The notes under the pieces were generated by a model. The model made no database searches. It was not told the origin of the DNA and saw only the letters and a program-made list of their open reading frames with translations. From the IMG/VR virus record IMGVR_UViG_3300046519_000369: a DNA stretch of 20,000 bases. The stretch is one strand, 5' to 3'. The stretch is from an uncultured virus (IMG/VR IMGVR_UViG_3300046519_000369). Lineage: Duplodnaviria > Heunggongvirae > Uroviricota > Caudoviricetes. A program made the position numbers and the translations under genes. Below are positions 8,690 to 16,200 of the stretch, piece after piece; the stretch's first letter is position 1; each line of letters begins with the position of its first letter.

Positions 8690-9319
8690 CTAGTTTTCAA
8701 ATTCCACATTATAAAGGGATGTTAAAGATGCCTTTAATTTTTCATCTTTAGTTTCTGCAATGTACTCTTGCATTTTCTCTTTATACTCAGGGTGTCCAGC
8801 TTTATATTTTGCATACAAGTATGAGAACTCGCCTATCTTATAATCAGGGTCGGTCTTGTTTTCGGGTTTATCTAGTTCCACTTTTAGAACTTCTGCAACG
8901 TGGTCATAGCACTTATTAACCAAAGTACTTTCTTTCTTTTGTAAAGTTAGTAGCTGACATCTAAATGTAAGTCTTGCTGTGTCATTTGGTTTCTCTGCAA
9001 GTTGCTTATCATTCAATGCTTGTGCTTCTTCATATTTTTGCAAAGTCATGTAGATATTCATTTGCATAAATTCACGTTTTTTCTTATCCGAAATCTTACT
9101 GACTTCGGGCAATACTTCTACCATCTTTTTTTGAAATTCTTCAAAGTTACCCTCGCGGTAATATTTAAAGTAACTTTCATATTTATCAATGATTTTCTGA
9201 TCTTCGGCAGATATCAGCTTAGGTGCTGTGATTTCGCTTTGTTTTGTACTATCCGAAGCATTGCTACAGCCACCAAGAAATGATGAATAAACGATAAATA
9301 GGGTTAAATACTTTTTCAT
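8690..9319 (-). CDS. Helical (TPR-like) lipoprotein, probable orphan periplasmic immunity protein
   Basis: Lipobox LGGC; IYMTLQKYEEAQAL...KPND TPR-like helix pair; context. Confidence 0.65.
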   Translation of the reverse strand: MKKYLTLFIVYSSFLGGCSNASDSTKQSEITAPKLISAEDQKIIDKYESYFKYYREGNFEEFQKKMVEVLPEVSKISDKKKREFMQMNIYMTLQKYEEAQALNDKQLAEKPNDTARLTFRCQLLTLQKKESTLVNKCYDHVAEVLKVELDKPENKTDPDYKIGEFSYLYAKYKAGHPEYKEKMQEYIAETKDEKLKASLTSLYNVEFEN

Positions 9320-9386
9320 ACTTATGATTGAGTCTGCTTTAGAGGGGACGCCTTTTTCTGGACCACATTTAGATTAAATGTATTAT

Positions 9387-9415
9387 AAAAAGCCCTAAAT
9401 AATTAGGGCTTTTTT
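9387..9415. terminator. Bidirectional terminator
   Basis: aaaaagcccta-aataat-tagggcttttt. Confidence 0.8.
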
Positions 9416-9416
9416 C

Positions 9417-9444
9417 TTGAGTATAGAGATATCTCTATACTCAA
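9417..9444. repeat. Perfect 28-bp palindrome
   Basis: ttgagtatagagat|atctctatactcaa. Confidence 0.95.
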
Positions 9445-9450
9445 ATTCCA

Positions 9451-9894
9451 TTATGCTTCTTTAGGTTTATGTTTAATATTCAATAATATGAATAAAATGG
9501 TATAAATAAGTAAGGAAATAAGCCACAGAATTAAATAAATATTTTGATCGAATTTAATAGTATTTATAACAAGTTGGTTGATTGGATCACTTTCAGCTAA
9601 AAATGCGCTTAAAAATAAGAAGATATAAACAAAAAAACCTATTCTTAAAACATAAGTTATATTTTTAACAAAGAACATAATAAGGCCAAGTACGACACTT
9701 ATAATTCCAAAGAACCATATTAAAACACTATCGTCATCTGCTGAGCCTTGCATGTCTCTTAAATAAATATATTCATCTACGCCGTAAGGGGCAAAAGTCA
9801 CAAATCCTTTAGATAAGGATTCAAAGCAAATGGCTAAAATGCCCGATACTATCAATACGATAGCCAAGTAATATTTTAAGTTTAGAGTTTTCAT
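9451..9894 (-). CDS. Multi-TM cognate immunity protein candidate
   Basis: ~4 TM segments; ATGA overlap with the effector stop. Confidence 0.75.
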   Translation of the reverse strand: MKTLNLKYYLAIVLIVSGILAICFESLSKGFVTFAPYGVDEYIYLRDMQGSADDDSVLIWFFGIISVVLGLIMFFVKNITYVLRIGFFVYIFLFLSAFLAESDPINQLVINTIKFDQNIYLILWLISLLIYTILFILLNIKHKPKEA

Positions 9895-10889
9895 ATTCCT
9901 GTATATCCTTCCCCAGCTTTCCAGTATTTATGCAATGTGCGTGGGGTTGCGGTACATGCTTCACAATTATCCGGTTTAGAATAAATAATACCGTTTAAAG
10001 CTTGTTTAATGGATTCTTGCCAATTTCTTGATCGATTATAAACTCTAGAGGGACTATCAAAACTAGCCTTATTAGTTGAAGGATCCAGATAAGAATCTAA
10101 ACCCTTCTCACCAGCATTGTGCAGTATTGTAGCTTCCCTAGGGGTGAGCTGGCGGCCTAATTTTAATTGCTTTAAAGAAATATTCTTAGCGACAAGATCA
10201 GTTGCTACTTGAGGGTCGTTAGTGATGAGGTCAAATGTCTTTCTAAGCCTATTTGGGTCACTCTCCAGATAACCTAGCAGATCTGCGGCCAAACCTAATT
10301 GCATTTCACCAAGTCCATAGCTTCTATGAGGTTTAACGCCTCCGCGGTCTTTCGCATATGCAATATAGTTCTTGGCGATGGCTGCTGCTGAAAAGAATTT
10401 TTCCTGAAAAATAATTGAACCAACAGCCAACGGATCCACACCATACTTTGCTGCGGAGGTATTAATGGCTGCATTGTAATAGGCAACCATATTTAAGCCA
10501 TCCGGTGCTGGTACTGAACGATTAACCATAACATGATCAAGATTGTGGTCTTTTTCTTGGCTAGTTTTATGAGCAACTAATTTAACTTGATGTACTGTGT
10601 GCGTTACGCTACTGCCTGATTCTTTCGTGTATGTAGTGCCAACGAAAGGTTGGGGCTCTAACAATCTACCAGTCGGCAAGTACACATTAAATCGAACAGT
10701 ACAGTTTTTAGCATTTTCATTTTTCTGAAGTGGGAAACTTGTCTCTACAGATATACCTGAAGGGTTGATTTTCAACTTGCCCGTTTCAAACTTTCTACCA
10801 GTATCTTGCGCGATAAATAAAGCAGAAAATGAGAAGTTGGTATAATCGCCTAATCCTCTTAATCTCAACTGTGCATAACATGTACTCAT
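9891..10889 (-). CDS. Putative T6SS peptidoglycan-targeting effector (SLT/lysozyme-like fold)
   Basis: AAKYGVDPLAVGSIIFQE (catalytic Glu), SYGLGEMQ, LHNAG resemble SLT motifs I-III; no signal peptide; ATGA-coupled to the VgrG tip. Confidence 0.75.
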   Translation of the reverse strand: MSTCYAQLRLRGLGDYTNFSFSALFIAQDTGRKFETGKLKINPSGISVETSFPLQKNENAKNCTVRFNVYLPTGRLLEPQPFVGTTYTKESGSSVTHTVHQVKLVAHKTSQEKDHNLDHVMVNRSVPAPDGLNMVAYYNAAINTSAAKYGVDPLAVGSIIFQEKFFSAAAIAKNYIAYAKDRGGVKPHRSYGLGEMQLGLAADLLGYLESDPNRLRKTFDLITNDPQVATDLVAKNISLKQLKLGRQLTPREATILHNAGEKGLDSYLDPSTNKASFDSPSRVYNRSRNWQESIKQALNGIIYSKPDNCEACTATPRTLHKYWKAGEGYTGI

Positions 10890-11257
10890 TCTGTGTCTTC
10901 CTCACTTGGCGGCACAGGATCCGGATAATCATGGTTCTCTAAAAGATGGAAAGACATTTGTTCTTCTTTCTGGGTATATATCCGTTGAGTGTAGCCATTT
11001 TCATCAGTCATACCTTCAAATTGCCTACCTGATTCTGATATTGCGAAATATGCTTTATTTTTATAGGGTGCATTTTGATTATCAATTAATTGAACACTTA
11101 AATTAAATATACCTTTACTTTCGGGTAATACTGGAAAGTGGCTAACAACTTGTTCACCCGACTTGAATATATGTTGACCAGCTTTAACCTCAAATTTACC
11201 TCCCGTTATTATCGTAATACCTTTATCATTAATTACAATACGTGAACCACCCGCCAT
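10886..11257 (-). CDS. vgrG: VgrG C-terminal fragment (end of DUF2345 plus transthyretin-like extension); possibly a pseudogene
   Basis: AGGSRIVINDKGITIITGGKFEVKAGQHIF is the Acinetobacter-type VgrG tail; PYKNKAY...EGMTDENGYTQRI is a TTR-like domain; no gp27/gp5 body upstream. Confidence 0.85.
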   Translation of the reverse strand: MAGGSRIVINDKGITIITGGKFEVKAGQHIFKSGEQVVSHFPVLPESKGIFNLSVQLIDNQNAPYKNKAYFAISESGRQFEGMTDENGYTQRIYTQKEEQMSFHLLENHDYPDPVPPSEEDTE

Positions 11258-11329
11258 ACTTTTTTATTCTCAAATTTAAATTTATGTGATTAGAATAACA
11301 TAACTTGTTTAAACTCAAAAAATACACTT

Positions 11330-12031
11330 ATGACCATGATTGTTTCGGCGCATCTCGGAGATTGTATACTGATTGCCGCTGATAAAAGAGCGATGGTATA
11401 TGATATAAACTCTGGATTATTAAGAATATCTCATGATGATGAGGCGAAAATAAAGTTATGGTGCCGTGGTGCTATTACAGGCACAGGAGACAGTTTATTT
11501 ATAAATCGTATAATGAATTATTTTGAAAATTTAACAGAACAAGAACAAAAACTTGAACAAGTGAATGCTATTCAAATGGAAATAGAAAGAAGATTGTCTG
11601 AAGGGGTTCCAAAAGAGCTTCTTTCTAATAATACGCTTATATTCTCAATATTTAATGGCTGTAAAACCTCATTATATATAATACCCATACAGCCATTTTT
11701 TGAGACATTTAAACTTGGTAGTCGCGAACATTTAAGGTCCCAAGTTAATGAAATTAAAGAATGGACCATAGAGGTATGCTGTTTAAATATTCCTTCCGAT
11801 TTAGCATTATTACAAGACTTCCAGCGCAATTTAAGGAGCTTAAATAGCTTTGAAAGTGAGGGGCAATTCATTAGTTACTATATAGAGCATTTAAAGACTA
11901 TTTTTGCGAAACAAGCTTCTATAGATACTAGTGTTACACCGTCTTTTGACCTGTATTTACAATCATGTGAGACTGGAGGTAGCTTTGCCATTCATATTGA
12001 GAACAACTTTTTAACAACTTCAAATGTGTAA
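11330..12031 (+). CDS. Proteasome beta/HslV-like Ntn hydrolase
   Basis: M-T start, TMIVSA...DCILIAADKR, AKI, ITGTGD; matches the Thr1/Asp17/Arg19/Lys33/Gly47 pattern. Confidence 0.7.
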   Translation: MTMIVSAHLGDCILIAADKRAMVYDINSGLLRISHDDEAKIKLWCRGAITGTGDSLFINRIMNYFENLTEQEQKLEQVNAIQMEIERRLSEGVPKELLSNNTLIFSIFNGCKTSLYIIPIQPFFETFKLGSREHLRSQVNEIKEWTIEVCCLNIPSDLALLQDFQRNLRSLNSFESEGQFISYYIEHLKTIFAKQASIDTSVTPSFDLYLQSCETGGSFAIHIENNFLTTSNV

Positions 12032-12092
12032 TATTTTGCCCATTGGTCCAACTGGACCAAGATTAACTAAGTTATTTTTGGCTCGAAAGAAT

Positions 12093-12221
12093 TATTTGGC
12101 CAAACGTGGGAAAGAAGGCGCGAAATTTTTAGTCTGAGTTCTCAACATTATCCAAGAACAGCGTTACATCGAAATCGGTGAACGTAATCCCTCTCAGAAG
12201 CAATTCTAACCGTATTTCATG
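12093..12221 (+). pseudogene. Endolysin 3'-end remnant (decayed)
   Basis: YLAKRGKEGAKFLV*VLNIIQEQRYIEIGERNPSQKQF versus FLAKRGKDGEKVLLRILNIMQGQRYIEICERNPSQEQF. Confidence 0.9.
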
Positions 12222-12234
12222 ATCTATTAAAAAT

Positions 12235-12268
12235 TATTTTGCTAGACGAATTTCAGTCTAGCAAAATA
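12235..12268. terminator. Hairpin between convergent units
   Basis: tattttgctagac-gaatttca-gtctagcaaaata. Confidence 0.6.
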
Positions 12269-12279
12269 TATATGAATGT

Positions 12280-13056
12280 TTACTTAAAAATTAATGCTCT
12301 CGAAACACGAATAGAATCATATAGAAAATGATTAACTTCGGTATTTAGAGCTGGATGAAAGTCAGGTATGGTCTGTTCAAAGTTTGTAGGTATAGAAAAA
12401 CGACTAATATATAATGGGATTAAATATCTCTCATCGTAAACAATAATATTTCTTTCATCTCCCGAACTGCACAAAACCAAAGCTGATTCACCTAATTGTA
12501 AATAAAATTTAAATCTAAATCCTGATCCATCATCATCAATAATTTGATTTTCATATAATTCTTGCCAACCATCTAAATGATTAATACTGAAAATTTTGTC
12601 ATTTAAAAATGGTGTTACAAAGAGATAGACATTTTCTGAAGGTTTTTTTGTTTTAAAAAAATCATGATAAAAGTTTAATTTTTTTTCTTTGAAAGAGCTT
12701 GGACCAGTAGCGAAGAAATTTAGAAAAATCTTATATATAAGAATTCTTAGTTTTTCTACACACTCTCGATTTAGAAAGTCTTTAGGATCCTTCCCATCTA
12801 TCATAACTTCTAGGAGATCTTTGCATGATTCATCAATATCACATAACCATCCATTATTACAGGATGCACAAACTTTATGGGTAAAAGTGTGTGGAATAGG
12901 AGTTGTTGGCTTAAAGACTTCAAGATTTTCTGATATTGAAGTAAAAGATAACTGCTTTTTTTTAATATCTAATTTTTTTATTACCCATTGAGGAATAACA
13001 TGTTCATTTGTTTTTTCTTTACCAGAAATCTCAGTTTTGCAATAAATGCATTCCAT
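12280..13056 (-). CDS. HNH endonuclease-domain protein
   Basis: CIYC...NEHVIPQW...VCASCNNGW. Confidence 0.85.
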   Translation of the reverse strand: MECIYCKTEISGKEKTNEHVIPQWVIKKLDIKKKQLSFTSISENLEVFKPTTPIPHTFTHKVCASCNNGWLCDIDESCKDLLEVMIDGKDPKDFLNRECVEKLRILIYKIFLNFFATGPSSFKEKKLNFYHDFFKTKKPSENVYLFVTPFLNDKIFSINHLDGWQELYENQIIDDDGSGFRFKFYLQLGESALVLCSSGDERNIIVYDERYLIPLYISRFSIPTNFEQTIPDFHPALNTEVNHFLYDSIRVSRALIFK

Positions 13057-13124
13057 TTTAACTATTCCTAGTTTTTGAATTTAAAATATTAATTATATAC
13101 AGGTGGTTGATATTGCTAAAGATA

Positions 13125-13571
13125 CTATTTTTTATAATACTCAGAATAAAATTTTTTCTTAATTGTAGGTATTAAACTCATTAGATGAGACCAACCTGTA
13201 TCGATAGATTTTGTATGAATATTAATTGAAAATTCCTTGTTTAGCGGGTATACACTTTTATCAATTAGCTTAAAAGGCTCATTAATATCATCAAACTGGT
13301 GGGCTGTTAGATCAATAATACTATTTTCAGACTCTAACCAAAAATGGTGTGCATCATCTGTGTTAGTTCCCCTCATCATTTTAAAATTAGAATATTCTTC
13401 TTCTTCTAATATACTTAACAAAATACTAGATACTTCCTCACAATAGTTTCTAGGAAATGTTTGAATCCTGCCATAAGAAGGCAGTTCTTTTTGAAAACAC
13501 TCTAAAGCGCTGACAATAATTTCAATTAGTTTTTCATGTTCATTCATATTAGATCTCTTATTAATCACCAA
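13125..13571 (-). CDS. Papain/transglutaminase-like Cys-His-Asp protein (start possibly 13547)
   Basis: FPRNYC...HHFWLE...IIDLTAHQF. Confidence 0.65.
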   Translation of the reverse strand: MVINKRSNMNEHEKLIEIIVSALECFQKELPSYGRIQTFPRNYCEEVSSILLSILEEEEYSNFKMMRGTNTDDAHHFWLESENSIIDLTAHQFDDINEPFKLIDKSVYPLNKEFSINIHTKSIDTGWSHLMSLIPTIKKKFYSEYYKK

Positions 13572-13596
13572 CTATTCCTAAAATTAGAATCATTAA

Positions 13597-13917
13597 CTAT
13601 TCTTCACTTATACATTTAAATCTGATTTCTGTTTTAGGAAAGTTACCCAAAATGTAAGGTGGTTTTGCATCAATGGCTTCTAAGACACTAACAGATTTAA
13701 TTGTTTTCTGGCATTATTGATATGCTTCTTTCATTGTATCTGCTTTAAGTGTTCCCATCCCACTAAAACCGGTAGCAGCTTGACGTGAGACCATATAAGT
13801 ATTATTTCCCATAGGTACAATACCTGAATTTGCAGCGCACCCTACAATTAGAAAACTATAAATTGTAATCAAGATTTTTTTATTAAAAGAAGCAGTAAGC
13901 ATGAAATTTTGATCCAA
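13597..13917 (-). pseudogene. Lipoprotein interrupted by an in-frame stop
   Basis: Lipobox IVGC; after TAA at 13714-13716 the frame continues CQKTIKSVSVLEAIDAKPPYILGNFPKTEIRFKCISEE* to 13597. Confidence 0.8.
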
Positions 13918-14029
13918 TAAACAAGTTTTTAAAGTAAATCTTACTTAAGATTACTACTTATTTTTCTATGTGACAATTAGTAACCAATTTGTTAGATTAT
14001 GTGAACTTTATAAAAAACATTGAAAATTC

Positions 14030-14473
14030 ATGAAGAAAATATTAGTTACTAGTTTAATTGGATTGGCTTTAGGTGGGTGTACATCAATCCAAGTTAATAA
14101 TGCCACTGGATTTAATCCTGAGTCTATTCGACAAGTTTGTGTTGTTGACAACCCGAAAGTTGTCATCAAGGATTTTAATCAAATCATCGAGCGAAGTTTT
14201 AAACGCTATAATATTGATGCTAAAACTTATAAGGATACTGATAACTTAAGTCTTTGTCAGACGACTTTGAACTATACAGCTACTCGTTCTTGGGATATGG
14301 CTCCATATATGGTTGCTGCTCAATTCAATCTTTTGCAGAATGGCAGACAAGTTTCTGAAGCATCTTTTAGATTACGTGGAAATGGTGGACTAGCCCCAAA
14401 TAAATGGCGTAGTACCGAAACGAAGATTAATGAGTTGGTTGATCAGTTGTTAAATAAAGTACAATCGAAGTGA
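14030..14473 (+). CDS. Sbal_3080-like lipoprotein
   Basis: Lipobox LGGC; VCVVDNPKV...YTATRSWDMAPY...KW...KINELVDQL. Confidence 0.75.
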   Translation: MKKILVTSLIGLALGGCTSIQVNNATGFNPESIRQVCVVDNPKVVIKDFNQIIERSFKRYNIDAKTYKDTDNLSLCQTTLNYTATRSWDMAPYMVAAQFNLLQNGRQVSEASFRLRGNGGLAPNKWRSTETKINELVDQLLNKVQSK

Positions 14474-14483
14474 GTTATCTAAA

Positions 14484-14972
14484 ATGAAAAAGATTATTTT
14501 TACTTTAGTTCTTGGGTGGATTGTTTCATCATCTGCATTTTGTCAAATTATTTGGCAAAATGCAGAGAAAGGAATGAGTGTTGCTCAAGTTAAGAAAAAC
14601 TTTCCTAAAGCTCAGAGTGTTCAGCCAACTGATGGAACAACATTAGGGGACGGGGCTCTAAGATTATTAGAGTTGTCAGACTATGATATTAATAATTTCA
14701 AATTTGATGCATTTTTCTATTTTAAGGATGCCAAATTAATACAAGTTACCTTAAAAGCCAAGGATTCAGAAAATCAGGCTCTTGTTTATAAAAAAATGGT
14801 TGAGGCATTTCGCATGAAATATGGCGAAGAAAAATCAACTAATAATATGAGTATTGGACAAGAAAAACGTTGGATAACGAAGGATAAAACTGAAATAACT
14901 GTTTCTTTGTTAGGTGGCGATATGAATATTTATTATTCAGCCCGAATCGGTAATGAGCTAAATAAAATATAA
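14484..14972 (+). CDS. Secreted/periplasmic hypothetical protein
   Basis: Signal peptide; WQNAEKGMSVAQVK...F...KL..V...KYGE. Confidence 0.7.
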   Translation: MKKIIFTLVLGWIVSSSAFCQIIWQNAEKGMSVAQVKKNFPKAQSVQPTDGTTLGDGALRLLELSDYDINNFKFDAFFYFKDAKLIQVTLKAKDSENQALVYKKMVEAFRMKYGEEKSTNNMSIGQEKRWITKDKTEITVSLLGGDMNIYYSARIGNELNKI

Positions 14973-15004
14973 TCAAAAGGAAAATTAGCAAGTTCATTAG
15001 CTAA

Positions 15005-15033
15005 TAAAAAAGCACCTTAGGGTGCTTTTTTTA
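15005..15033. terminator. Bidirectional terminator
   Basis: aaaaaagcacc-tta-gggtgcttttttt. Confidence 0.75.
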
Positions 15034-15349
15034 AATTATTATGAATTTCTTTAATTAACTCATCAACCTCTAAGTTTGATACTTCAACTTCAGTTTCATT
15101 ATTGATTGTAAACTTTTTAATTTTACTTGCTTTATATGAGTTGATAAGCCATGTTGCAAGGGTTTTAAGCACATCATATGATGCTCCGGCCGCAACACCA
15201 ATTACTATATCGTATAAAGCGCTATCACAAGTTAGCCCATTATAATTTCGAGGTACCACAGTTAATTTAAAATTAGAATTCAATAAATTATCTTTCTGGA
15301 AAGAGGCAATATCCTCAATAAATATCTTGTTAAATTCAATTTTTTGCAT
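15017..15349 (-). CDS. Hypothetical protein with central small-residue hydrophobic helix
   Basis: 110 aa, GAGAG RBS; IVIGVAAGASYDVLKTLATWL. Confidence 0.6.
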   Translation of the reverse strand: MQKIEFNKIFIEDIASFQKDNLLNSNFKLTVVPRNYNGLTCDSALYDIVIGVAAGASYDVLKTLATWLINSYKASKIKKFTINNETEVEVSNLEVDELIKEIHNNLKKAP

Positions 15350-15418
15350 GATTTCTCTCTTTTTATGTTTTCGACATTTTAATTAGTTTTCTTAAAGTAG
15401 AGGATATCCGGTTCCCCA

Positions 15419-15868
15419 TCATTCCTTATCCTTATGTACATAATGATCTTCAACAATCAGCCAACCAAGACTTTTTTTACCATTATCTACAACATCAATA
15501 TGATTGTTGCCTTTATAAACCAGAACATCTTTATTAAAAAACTTCAATGAATTCCAGAAAGAAGAGTTACTCAAAACTTCCAGAGATAGATGGATATCAT
15601 CACGAAGACTTGAAAGTCCCTGTGTGTAATCCAAATCAAGCGTATTCAACAATTTCCCATAAATGACACGCTTTTTACCATCTTTTAACGGGATTATTCT
15701 GACATCAGCTTGGTTGTTGCTAAAATTAGTCGCCGGTAAAAAACTCTCTTCTAGACGATGTACTGCTTCAGCATTTATTGATCTACCGCTTTCTTTAGCC
15801 GCATCTTCAACTTGTTGTTTGAGTTCTTGTGGAACACGTAAATTAAATTGAGGATCTGTTCTAGCCAT
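15419..15868 (-). CDS. Arc-family ribbon-helix-helix repressor (Mnt-like position) with C-terminal extension
   Basis: MARTDPQFNLRVPQELKQQVEDAAKESGRSINAEAVHRLEES. Confidence 0.9.
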   Translation of the reverse strand: MARTDPQFNLRVPQELKQQVEDAAKESGRSINAEAVHRLEESFLPATNFSNNQADVRIIPLKDGKKRVIYGKLLNTLDLDYTQGLSSLRDDIHLSLEVLSNSSFWNSLKFFNKDVLVYKGNNHIDVVDNGKKSLGWLIVEDHYVHKDKE

Positions 15869-15903
15869 CAAAGTGAAGTCCAAAAATTTTTATAAGAATA
15901 TGC

Positions 15904-15957
15904 TAGTACCGTGCTTGACTTCAATATTAGCACCGTAATAGTATTATCACCGTGATA
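15904..15957. promoter_or_regulatory. Divergent promoter region with three 13-bp operator-like palindromes
   Basis: tagtaccgtgctt 15904, tagcaccgtaata 15928, tatcaccgtgata 15945; TTGACT 15915 and TAGTAT 15939 (18-bp spacer). Confidence 0.7.
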
Positions 15958-15976
15958 TCACAAAACGGAACACTAT

Positions 15977-16132
15977 ATGGCTAGAAACGATAAACAATTA
16001 AATGTTCGTATGCCTTGCGAATTGATTGAAGAGCTAAAAAAGAATGCTGAACAAAGCAGACGTTCATTAACAGCTCAATTAAATTTCATTATCGAAGAGT
16101 GGCTAAAAGATCAGCCTAAAATCATTAAATAG
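15977..16132 (+). CDS. Arc-family repressor, 51 aa (not in ORF track)
   Basis: MARNDKQLNVRMPCELIEELKKNAEQSRRSLTAQLNFIIEEWLKDQPKIIK*. Confidence 0.9.
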   Translation: MARNDKQLNVRMPCELIEELKKNAEQSRRSLTAQLNFIIEEWLKDQPKIIK

Positions 16133-16200
16133 AAAAACAATGAAGCCCCTGAATCTTGGCGGACTAGGGGCTTCTATCCAACTCGGTTAGGAGATCAGAT

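Noticed and set aside
11297..11326. dif/pdif-like site (aataacataa resembles the XerD arm); similar partial match near 13997
   Set aside because: No credible XerC arm at 6-bp spacing
5140..12221. CRISPR array or integron attC interpretation of the repeats
   Set aside because: Repeats are protein-coding remnants of variable length, kilobases apart; no cas or intI gene in the window
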